Origin: Chlorokybus atmophyticus
Taxonomy: Eukaryota; Plantae; Mesostigma and Chlorokybus algae
Assembly: GCA_009103225.1 (NCBI GenBank)
Contig: RHPI01001737.1
Location: 248,001-312,000 of the forward strand
Direction: 5' to 3'
Length of the DNA stretch: 64,000 bases
Shown piece after piece: positions 15,101 through 23,800 of the stretch. The translations under genes and the position numbers were made by a program. The notes beneath the pieces are model-generated. The model worked only from the letters and a program-made list of their open reading frames with translations, searched no databases and was not told the origin of the DNA. Every line of letters begins with the position of its first letter. Position 1 is the stretch's first letter.

Positions 15101-17888
15101 CAGCTTGTCTTCAAGCTGAGTGAGAGAACTCGACGCCGACGCGGACCCCTCGGGCGCCGCCAGCTCCGCGCGCGCAACCATACGGCCTGCTTGCGCCACC
15201 ATATCTTCATGAGACTTGCTCATATGGTCATGAGACTTTGTCGAGGCAGTCCTAGTGGTGTCTAGAGCACTTTGCAACAGCTCCATCACGTGTTCCTTGC
15301 TGACTCCAAGGTCCTTCAAGCAAACAAGCGGCTGCCCGACCAGCTCCGCCGCAACGCTCTCCAACGGCGCCGTCAACTCCAAGTTTTCTTCATTGGCTTG
15401 AGTTGCGGGCTGTTGGGAAAGCATCTTGGCACCCTCGAGAAGCTTTACACACATCTGTAGCAGCTCCCCCACTCTCTTGTGCTCACCACCGCCACCGACG
15501 CCGACATCATGTCGCGCCGTTGCCGTAGCAGTCGGCTGCACTTTCGCACCCTCCGAGCGCGAACTCTCTTGCTCCAACGGGGTTGTTGGCAGCAACTTAA
15601 ATGACATAGGCATGCGTGCAGCTGGTGCCCGCATCCTATCATGATCCACACCCTCCTCGCGGACGGGCGCGGCCTCCTCCTCAACCATCCTAGTCGGGGG
15701 AGCTGGTGCAGCGTTTCGGCGTGCCGACGCTCTCGTCGTCGCAACCGCTGCCACCTTAGTGCCTCCGGAGAGCGCACTATACGCGAGGTAACCTCCGGAG
15801 CTGCTTGGCTTATCCTCCGCTCCTCTCTCGGGCCATTTCCCTCGCTCGAGCATGCTCTTCAACGATGCATACTCCGATTGCATTGCCGCCAATGCCTTTG
15901 TCACCTCCGACATTGATGGCTCCGCTCTCACACTCGAGTGAGCTCCGACTGCCGCTCCTTGTTGTGGACGCAGCTCTGGATGCTTACTCCAACACTTGGC
16001 ATCAACATGCCCACCCTTCTTGCAATGAGAGCACACCACCTTCTTGCCTTTCCCACAATCCCTTGCAATATGGCCTTGCTCTCCACACGACCAGCATTTG
16101 GCACCCGACACACCTTCCACAACCGCGTTGTTGGCATGCTTGAACTCCTTTGGCTTCCCACCAGCTGCCTTGCTTGCCGCCGATGTTGCCGCGGGCTTGG
16201 AAGAGCTCTTCTCCTCCGAAATCTCAAGCAACTTCAACCCCCGACGCTGTCGGTCAATGTTCTTGAGGTACTCATGCTGAATTTCTGCCGTCTCGGCCAC
16301 CTTGAAGACATCCGCAAGCGTGTATGTGCCAAACTCGGACTGAGTGGTCAACATGGTCTCCACCTTCAGCCTCAAGTCCGCCTCTAGTTGTTGAAGGTAC
16401 ACAACCGCCGCGGTCTGATCCGTCATCACCTTGTAGTCCGTGTCCGTCAAGAGCTTGAGCATGCGCGTATACATCATCCTCGCCGTCTCCCCGGCGTTGC
16501 GCTTGAAGAAACTCAGCTCACGAACCTTGGCGGGTGTTGATTGTGGGTAGGTCTTCCTCAAGAGCGCCTTGAACTCAGTCACGGGCTGCTCCTTCTTCCA
16601 CTCCGCTTCAAACGCAGCCGGTGCGCCGAGCCGCAACGCCCTCTCCCTCACCTCCAGCTGCTCCTTGAACTCTCTCCACGTGCCAAGGGCTTCATCCTTG
16701 AGGTATAGAGGCAACATCTTGAAGGCTTTGTGCTCGTCCCACCCCGACTTGTCCCGATACTCCCACTTGACCATCTCGGAGTCGAAGCGGTCGATGAAGT
16801 CGCGTAGGTCCGCCGTGCCGGGCCTCCCACTGAATCTCGGTGTGCTATCCATGGTTGAAGCTGAATCAGCCATCTTTCCACCCTCGTCCTCGATGTCGGA
16901 CTCCTCGTCACTCGACAACTCCACCTCTTCGGCGACGCCCTCCACCACCGGAATGATCGTCCCTCTCGGCGCTCTTCTCTTCAAAGCCGCCTTCGTGGGT
17001 CTCTCGTGCCAGTCCTCACCAGATCTTAATAGCATGAACATGCCTACAACTCGCTTCTACCTCGAGCAAACTCAGCTGATGGGTTGGATGCAAGTGAAAG
17101 ATGCGTGTCCCCTTGCAAAAGGTAGGCAAGTAGACCACAACTTGACTTGCAATCAGCCGTTCACTTGTGTAAAGCAGTCCCAACTCAATCCTCACTCAAA
17201 GTACATGCTAAGGCAGCCCATACGGTGCATCAAAGTCGCAACAGTGACACACACCCCTTCATGCACAGCAACGCACAGCAACGAACACGTGCACACACGC
17301 CATACATGCAAGCATGTGCACACGCATCCGCTCAGCCAAGAACCTCTTCCCAAAGGTGTTGCTTGCACTCCAGTAGGCCAACTTGCATCCAACCAAACTA
17401 GGAAACAGGCTAGCAAAGCCTTATATACCACCGTTGAGCTCAAGCCCAACCAACTCTCCAACTACCCTAACTGTCAATCTGCACCAGCATAGTAACAGTC
17501 ATGGTGGCGTTGATAAGTAACGGTAAACAGTTAGGAAAGGCTTATCCAAGCTCATCCTCTTCAAGTACACTTCAGAACGCATCTTTTGACGCCAACCCAT
17601 GGCCAAACCGCCACTCCAACTGTAAGTTACGGCTTCTCAAAGTCACAACTCCGAAACACCTGTGCGAGATACCATAGTGACCCAAATATGCTGTCAGCTC
17701 CGTATCTGATCGTAGATACGCCTCGAACACACCTCCCTCACGTCCATGAGGACCCAAACATGAGTTCCCAATGAAAACCCAACACATAAACCCTGTAAAA
17801 TGGCTATGAGAGCCAAAACCCCAAGGTCCATCCATGTCGCTAGCCCCGAGGGCATCATGCACATGACACTACATGCTCGCGCATGACA
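12114..17888 (-). mobile_element. Young Ty3/gypsy-derived insertion carrying gag-PR-DNMT-RT, with a 4-bp TSD CAGC
   Basis: Termini TGTCATGC (17888) and GGCACGACA (12114). CAGC lies at 12110-12113 and 17889-17892, and the rejoined flanks match the uninterrupted homologue at 35596-35650. Confidence 0.8.
12212..17041 (-). CDS. 1609-aa retrotransposon polyprotein: Gag (2 CCHC knuckles), aspartic protease, DNMT3-like C5 cytosine methyltransferase, C-terminally truncated RT
   Basis: Gag: CWSCGEQGHIARDC and CSHCKKGGHVDAKC. PR: VLVDTGA. MTase motifs: I ELFGGIASG, IV AGWECQG, VI YIVENV, VIII AHRLRVKWTNL, IX ERERAMGF, X RRVLLGQAM (~13270-14215). RT: RMCGDYRPLN, MPFGL, YIDD (12431-12442). Confidence 0.95.
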   Translation of the reverse strand: MFMLLRSGEDWHERPTKAALKRRAPRGTIIPVVEGVAEEVELSSDEESDIEDEGGKMADSASTMDSTPRFSGRPGTADLRDFIDRFDSEMVKWEYRDKSGWDEHKAFKMLPLYLKDEALGTWREFKEQLEVRERALRLGAPAAFEAEWKKEQPVTEFKALLRKTYPQSTPAKVRELSFFKRNAGETARMMYTRMLKLLTDTDYKVMTDQTAAVVYLQQLEADLRLKVETMLTTQSEFGTYTLADVFKVAETAEIQHEYLKNIDRQRRGLKLLEISEEKSSSKPAATSAASKAAGGKPKEFKHANNAVVEGVSGAKCWSCGEQGHIARDCGKGKKVVCSHCKKGGHVDAKCWSKHPELRPQQGAAVGAHSSVRAEPSMSEVTKALAAMQSEYASLKSMLERGKWPERGAEDKPSSSGGYLAYSALSGGTKVAAVATTRASARRNAAPAPPTRMVEEEAAPVREEGVDHDRMRAPAARMPMSFKLLPTTPLEQESSRSEGAKVQPTATATARHDVGVGGGGEHKRVGELLQMCVKLLEGAKMLSQQPATQANEENLELTAPLESVAAELVGQPLVCLKDLGVSKEHVMELLQSALDTTRTASTKSHDHMSKSHEDMVAQAGRMVARAELAAPEGSASASSSLTQLEDKLEEGVGSVGGMLAMLPATRPALREKISPNVAMVDNRGGHISLDGFVPDVVLVDTGAQPVILGARAVKGMGLSPKEWEPCPVMINTSAGTVEAVCGITVQPVDICLTAVGGATTSFKVRCLITDAKGYDVLLGQDFLFPVGGGVDNWIEQGFFRPRWRVGGGEKAYFPLSITQGGLERSPTSASAVWACLSRRSVKGWLGDSTDMYYDHVEEGESVLAHMEEGRPPELVYMAQTQSQELELASQHRAQRQQEAQDKVSQAWMKDVMALEPPLLPEGVRAVHPPINYSTVEWKVPEEGVVMVELFGGIASGLAAALNAGIKVRRYIYVDPSPTAQQGAQHHVRMLLKKYPDLLHEDAVKGFQSTWPQDICLIGPHQLAAIGHVHLLVAGWECQGHSRAGHGKGLMDARSSLFWELVRIINMIQQGQEQPMAYIVENVPAEDDKRKRVREDYQLVRHVLGHELVMDAARHGSRAHRLRVKWTNLAPVELLRTVQQEYSRPQGLTVNQVLEHGRTAQQVSKADRPPQEVVNQVGHDMAALPTLVTYPGSYAFRKGGPGLVWDSQNSRLEEPTAGERERAMGFLSGATAAPGLSEQQRRVLLGQAMDQNSMVWLMVVCLAAQELVASIMPMRQQARREPAPLSRGWEQVVHDEESKGVSFSPVTAASGKKAAVDGALKQEKATDQTMEWCIGEHVTPHEREWLEALLARKRDCFAYSTKELGVCNFYTMDIELTSPEPIFRRQYRLSKVEKEFVAEKCADLLEAGLIEESTSDFAAATVLPLKKDAQGNWTSRRMCGDYRPLNEKTKADRYPMPIPEAIFDDIGDAKVFSIVDLRQGFNQIAIKPEDRGKTAFWGVDQLYQWKVMPFGLKNAPVKFQRVMDRVLRGLPFARCYIDDILVFSHTMEEHLVHLERVFERVRESGMRCHPEKCLFGADRIPYLGHEIVPDGVRGDTHLSCVCQLHVMRDGA

Positions 17889-19125
17889 CAGCACTACATA
17901 TAGTAGTGGCTTGTTGACTCACAGTGTTACCCTCTTTGCTCAAGTGAGTGCGTTGCATTCTGCACCAGATAGTGCAGTCCGTATATGGGGACACATCCTT
18001 GTGCATACGTTATCACTGTCATGACATAATGCGCACACAAGCACTAGTGTGGTGAGTGCTAGCGGCAGCAAGACAGGCAATCGAGCGCAAACACTCTACC
18101 CTGCATACACTCTCACCTTTGAACTAGCTGTATGAGCAGGCCCACCCCGTTCTCTTCAATTAGACGAGGGTGACCTCAGCAGCTGAACCCCAACCTCCAA
18201 CCTCACCTACAAGCGGACCAGCGGCGGGAGCAACGATTGTAGCAGCAGAGGCTCGCTTTCTGTCTCCGACTTCACTCCGTTCCTGTCCACACCTCGGCAT
18301 CGAGCTTCCCCACTCTTGTCCGACAGTAATGACTACGAGATGGAGTCTTCCAGCTCAACCACGTCCCTGCGCTTCTCCGGACGTGCTGGCACTACTTCGA
18401 TGGACAAATTGATCATGTGCTTCAAGTTCCACTCCAAGATGCGGCAGCAGGCCCCCCAAAAAAAAAGACTGGTCAGATGAGATCTTTTTTCATAGTGCTG
18501 CTTAGTATTTAGATCATGAAGCACATGATGTCTGAAAGTCTGTTGCTGAACTGCATCGAGCTGATGGCTGTGGCGAGCTCGCCTGTACCATAGCATCTGC
18601 GTCACTGCACAATTCAGCAGCCGTCTTTCCACCTGCCACTCCCGCTGCAGTTACCGGGTTGTCCATAGCGGCAGCCATTGACAGAGCAGAGGAGGAGGAA
18701 TCTGAGTTGGTAATCGTCAACCTTACCCCTTCGGAGATTGAGATCAAGACGGCCGCACGACGGGCCCGGATCCTAGACTCATCTGCTATCATCTTTGAGG
18801 AACAACGAACAGCAGCAGTTGAGGCGGGCACACCCCTATATTTTGCAACACCTGGCTCTCATGCGGGAGGCAGTGCTTTCACCCTCGGGTCAGTTGCACT
18901 GCGCGCACTAGCCATCGCTGTAGGTGCTGCCATCTCTTACTCTTCACTCGAGGATCTATACGCTGCAATTTGTCGCACCTTCCCCACGTAGACCACTAGC
19001 AAAGTGGAGGAGTTCAGGCGGTTCCGCTGCAAGCCCAATGAGGACCCTCTACGCTTGAACTCCAGACTTGAAGGTTTGTTGAAGGACACTGATTACAAGA
19101 TCGTTAGTGACGAGGCTGCTGCAGT

Positions 19126-19677
19126 TGTAGTAACGCGGGGCTTAGCCGACTAAGCCATGGTAGCAAAAGTCGCTGCCATGAGAGGTTGTGTATTGCTTAT
19201 TAATGCTTCATAAGCCCTTCTATTCCACATTAACCGGCATTACCTTCAACCCGGCTTTAACCGCGATTTTACCTGCCCATTTTGGCCCTTCATGACCGGC
19301 AGGACTTGCTCGCGTCCGGTCATGACCAGCCATTACCGGTCATGCCGCGTAGTTTTCCGCGGCGACTTGCCACGTTGCCGCTCGCAGGAGCGACCCTGCG
19401 CGCCGACTCAGTCAGCTTCACCTCACAGGTTATTGTTAACCAATCACACTAACTGCCTTGGATCGTTTCCGACGGTCGCCGAAAATCTACCCACTCGTGC
19501 GCATCTTGCGCCCGGTGGGATTAGATCCCGCGACCTTTAGAGCTCCGATTACCAATGTAACGCGGGGCTTAGCCGACTAAGCCATGGTAGCAAAAGTCGC
19601 TGCCATGGGAGGTTGTGTATTGCTTATTAATGCTTCATAAGCCCTTCTTAGCCTATTCCACATTAACCGGCATTACA
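19126..19677 (-). mobile_element. TRIM (552 bp) with ~120-bp LTRs and a 5-bp TSD GCAGT
   Basis: LTRs at 19556-19677 and 19126-19244. PBS-like TGGTAATCGGAGC on the minus strand (19554->19542). GCAGT at 19121-19125 and 19678-19682. Confidence 0.92.
19518..19584 (-). promoter_or_regulatory. Putative split Pol III type-2 promoter in the TRIM
   Basis: A-box TGGCTTAGTCGG (19584->19573) lies in the LTR. A B-box-like GGATCTAATCC (19528->19518) lies in a T-arm-like stem after the PBS. Confidence 0.6.
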
Positions 19678-20893
19678 GCAGTGGTGTATGTCAATGAGTT
19701 GGAGGCCACCCTGAGCGAATTGACGCGCCTGACCCTAAACTACAACAGGGCCCTTGGCTACACGCTCAAGGAAGCTTTCGAGACTGCACAAGCCATCCAT
19801 AAGCGCTTGGTGTATGAGAAGGCAGTGCTGAACACCAACCGCAGCGCCTCACGGCCTGTAGCAGCACAGCTGTCGAGCCTCCTCGCCGCGAACGTGGCCG
19901 GGACGCTCCATCAGCACGCGATAAAGGGAAACGGTCAGCGCATACCGCTTTGCCTGCCCCTGAGCTGTGTCATTGCTGTACACGGCATGGGCACTACAAA
20001 AAGGAGTGCACCGAAGAGTACTCAACTCTGATCTGCGACTACTGTCACAAGATAGGCCACGTGGAATTAGTCTGCTGGCTCAAGTTCCCTAAGTTGAGAC
20101 CCGTCAACAGCTACAACAGCAACAACACTAGAGGCCACAACGGCAACAACTCTGGGGGCTAAAACAGCAACAACACTAGAGGCCACAACGGCAACAACTC
20201 TGGTGGCTACAACAGCAATCACACCGGAGGCCATAACAACACTAACAACTACGCCAACGCTCGCAAGGAAAAGCAAGGCTACAGGTGAAAGAATCGCCCT
20301 CTTCAGCGTAAGGGACTGGAAGGACGTCCGCGCGCTGCTGCTGTTGCCGCCAAGGCTCCAGCCAACCTGCCAGCTGATGACCACATGGCTGCCCTTATGA
20401 CGCATATGGCACGCTTGCAGGAAGACAAGGAGCAGGACTACCGCGCCTGTTACTCTGCCCGGTGGGCACTGATGGCTCCAAACCGCACGAGAGACACCAG
20501 CACTCCGTCGCGCATTCAATCATCCCGACGAGTTTGAGGAGAAGCCGCAACATTGTCAGCAGCCACCTCCTCTGAAGCCACCCGTGGTACTGCACCAGCA
20601 GCAACAGTTACACCGGCTACGACGTCGACTCCGTCAACGTCAGCAGAAACTGCTCTAAATTTACCAGAAGTTGGTATACCAGTGAGCACCGTAACGCCAC
20701 CACTGGTGAGCACGCTGGCGACATCCATTGCTGTCACCGACCCTGCAGAAGTAGGTCGCGCCGGTCCCGCTCCAAACTGCAGAGCCACCTGTGTCAGCAA
20801 GCGTTGAGACCACCCTCGCGCCATTAAGTGCCGGTGGTGGCGAGAGTGCCGCTTAATCCATTGTCGAGCCTGCTGCCACCGCAGCGACACCGA

Positions 20894-23800
20894 TGTCATA
20901 TGTGTTTTGCCTTTTTTTTGTGGCTTTATTAAGGCTTTCTAAAGGGATTTTACAAGCTGTACAGGCGGTGCTCTACTGCCGCGCGCGACTTCGCCTGCGA
21001 CCAGCCTGGTAGCTGCCTGCCTGCGACGTGACCTACTGAGGCAGCGCTGACCAGACTGCACGGTACCTGCCATGTGACGCGGACTGCATAGTTAGCTACC
21101 GCTGCGCAGTACCTTGTGACGCCGACTGCCCAGTCCGCTGCCGCGTGAAATGTACTCCGACGCGCGGGGCAGCAGTCTGCACTAATACAGGTCCTTTAAA
21201 TTTGGTAAACTATTGACAAAACGCCTGGTTATTGAGCTGCTTGGTTGTTGTGCTTGTATAAATAGAAACCCTATTAAATACAACCAACTTTTGTTTTCTG
21301 CTCTCTGCAGTGAGTATGCTGGTGTATGCTTAAAAGAGGCGTGATCCAAGGCACACTGCTGCGTTCTTGCTTGGCGTGGGAAGTAATAGTGTTCGTGTGC
21401 GTGTGCGTACTCGACGCGTGCGTGCGTGCGCGGGAGAAGGCAAGGTTCCGGTGTGAAGACTGTGCTCAGATGCACACATGTGTTGTATGACTTGTGTGAT
21501 GCGTATGTGAGCACGAGCATTGTTACAGTGGTATTGGAGCCCTTGGAAGGGTTGAGGTTCTTGTTTTTAAGGGATATTAACTGTATCTTTGGTGTGTGAG
21601 GTATTTTTCTGTTTATGGACGCTACCATGGATGATGCACGTGTTGTGGAGCTTCAGCAAATGCTGGTCGCTGCTCATGAGGAGCTGCAACCTGTTCAAGC
21701 ATCTGCCCAAGCTCGAGCGGCACAATTTCAAGAAGTCTTGCGCAAGCGCGCGCGCGGCTTCGTCTATTGCTGCACCTGTGGCTCTTCCACCAGCCTCTCG
21801 TCACGTGAAAGTGCCAAAACCAAAGCCATTCAAGGGCCAAAGGGATGGTAACTACGTCGAGGAGTGGGTGTTTGCTGTCTTTTCATGGTTGAAGCTCACC
21901 GAGGTACCCGTACATCTCCATGTTGATGTGGCTGCTACTTTCTTTGAGGGAGTTGCACTTGTGTGGTGGCATCATCGGTGTGCTCGTGTGGAAGCTGGTC
22001 TCGAAGTCCCCTTTGTCACCGTGGCTGAGCTGGCCGCTGAGGTGAAGAAACAGTTCGTACCGGTGCACAGCATGCAGACGGCACGCAATCAGCTCTCTAC
22101 GTTTGTGCAAACGCAGTCCGTGATGGCCTACACATCTGCGTATTAGCGTCTTATGCTCTCCATACCCAACATGACTGAGGAGGAGCAGCTGGACCGCTAT
22201 ACGCGCGGGTTGAAGACTCTTTGTCGCAAGGAAGTTGAGCTTCGTGACGCCAAGTCTCTTACGGAGGCCATTCGCATCGCCGAGCGTACGGACGTGTTGT
22301 ACTTCAAGGGTACTGCCAAAGACACTGATCATGGGCGCTTCAATCAGTTACGGGGAGGTTTGTATCGCTCGTACACACCTTTTGGAGCTGGTTCGGGAGC
22401 TGCAACAGCTGCGGGGCTGGCTCGGGACCTACACCAATGGAGTTGGGTGTTCTCCATGCTTCAAAGAAGGGTGTGAAGGGTCGGGAAGATGCCAAGGCAG
22501 TTCGGAAGTGTTGGGAGTGCTCTTCTACTGAACATATGCGCTCCAACTGCCCCATCTTCAAGGCAAAGTTGGCTGCACATGCACGCAACGCGCGCGGCGG
22601 TGGACGTGTGAATACGGTGGAGGAGGAGATGTTGCAGTCGGGAAACGGCTCACCTCAGTAGCTAAGGAGCCTGCTGCTGGGGTTGAGATGGAGATGGAGC
22701 CTCTCTCTGATGTTGACAGTTCAAAGCCTTTCGTGGATGCGTCGGTGACTGTTGGCGGCATGTATACGTGCGCGACGGCGACGCGAAACGGTGTGGTTCG
22801 TGTGCCCGACGAGGCGAGGGAGCTGCTAACCGTCACGGCCATGATTCGCGAGGGTGATGGGCCTTGGGTGGAGTGCAAATTGCTGGTAGATAGCGGTGCG
22901 AACAGCAACTTCATGAATCGGGAGGTTGCGCATCGACACAAGTGGCTTGCGTGGGCGAATGCCGGCTCCGTGACTCTCGCGGACGGCCGTGCGCCAACCG
23001 GAGCTACGAAGCTGAGCAAAGAGCTTGAAGTCCACGTGGGGATGATAAAAGATAGCTTACGGTTTTGCTGCCTCAAGCTCGGCAACGGCTTTGATGGCAT
23101 TTTGGGGCTACCTTGGCTTTGGACACATAATCCCGCCAGTAATTGGAGGAAGCGCCTAATTGCTGCCCCGGAAGGTGGTGGTATGGCTATAACTTGCTTG
23201 GGTGCTTCTTCCCGTGGTGAGTGTTTAGTTCAAGAGCGTGTGAGCTGCGTCGCAGCTGCCAGCAATGCACCGCATGCGCGTGAGGTGCATGGCGTGAAGG
23301 CGTGCCAGCAAGATGCACAACAACATGCTTCCACCTCGGGGGGGAGGCTCCGGAGCTGGTGTCACAAGTTTCTGAGGCTGAGATGGAGCAGATTTGGTAC
23401 AGGAACGTCGTGAAGGATGCATGGTTGTTTATGGTGCGTGACACACCGTCAAAGTCAGATCCGAAGCTGGTCGGCACTGGTGTGGAGGGTTCGGAAGACC
23501 TTGAGGTGCAGAAGTTGCTTGAGGAGTCAAAGACATCGTGGTGGACGGGTTGCCATCTGGTTTGCCACCTACGCGCAGCGTTGATCACCATGTGGAGCTC
23601 GTTGAGGGCGTGCACAAGCCGCCGTACAGACCGGTGTACAAGCTGTCTCCGGCTGAGCTGGAGGAGGCGGAGAGACAAGTTGAGGACCTTCTGCAACGTG
23701 GATACACCAGGCCTAGCAAGTGTCCGTACGGTGCACTTATCTTATTTGTGTGCAAGAAGAACGGACTTTGCGCATGTGCGTTGATTACCGGCCGCTCAAC

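Larger units (their letters stand above)
18660..20500 (+). pseudogene. Decayed gag related to the 12212-17041 Gag, interrupted by a TRIM
   Basis: LLKDTDYKIVSDEAAAV|VYVNELEA aligns with LLTDTDYKVMTDQTAAVVYLQQLEA. Two knuckles (CHCCTRHGHYKKEC, CDYCHKIGHVELVC) are followed by an AAC-rich tandem repeat. Edges are approximate. Confidence 0.75.

Noticed and set aside
17478-17486. TGGTGCAGA as the PBS of the DNMT element
   Set aside because: It is not adjacent to a recognisable LTR end, the same motif recurs at 17959-17967, and no matching tRNA was recognised.
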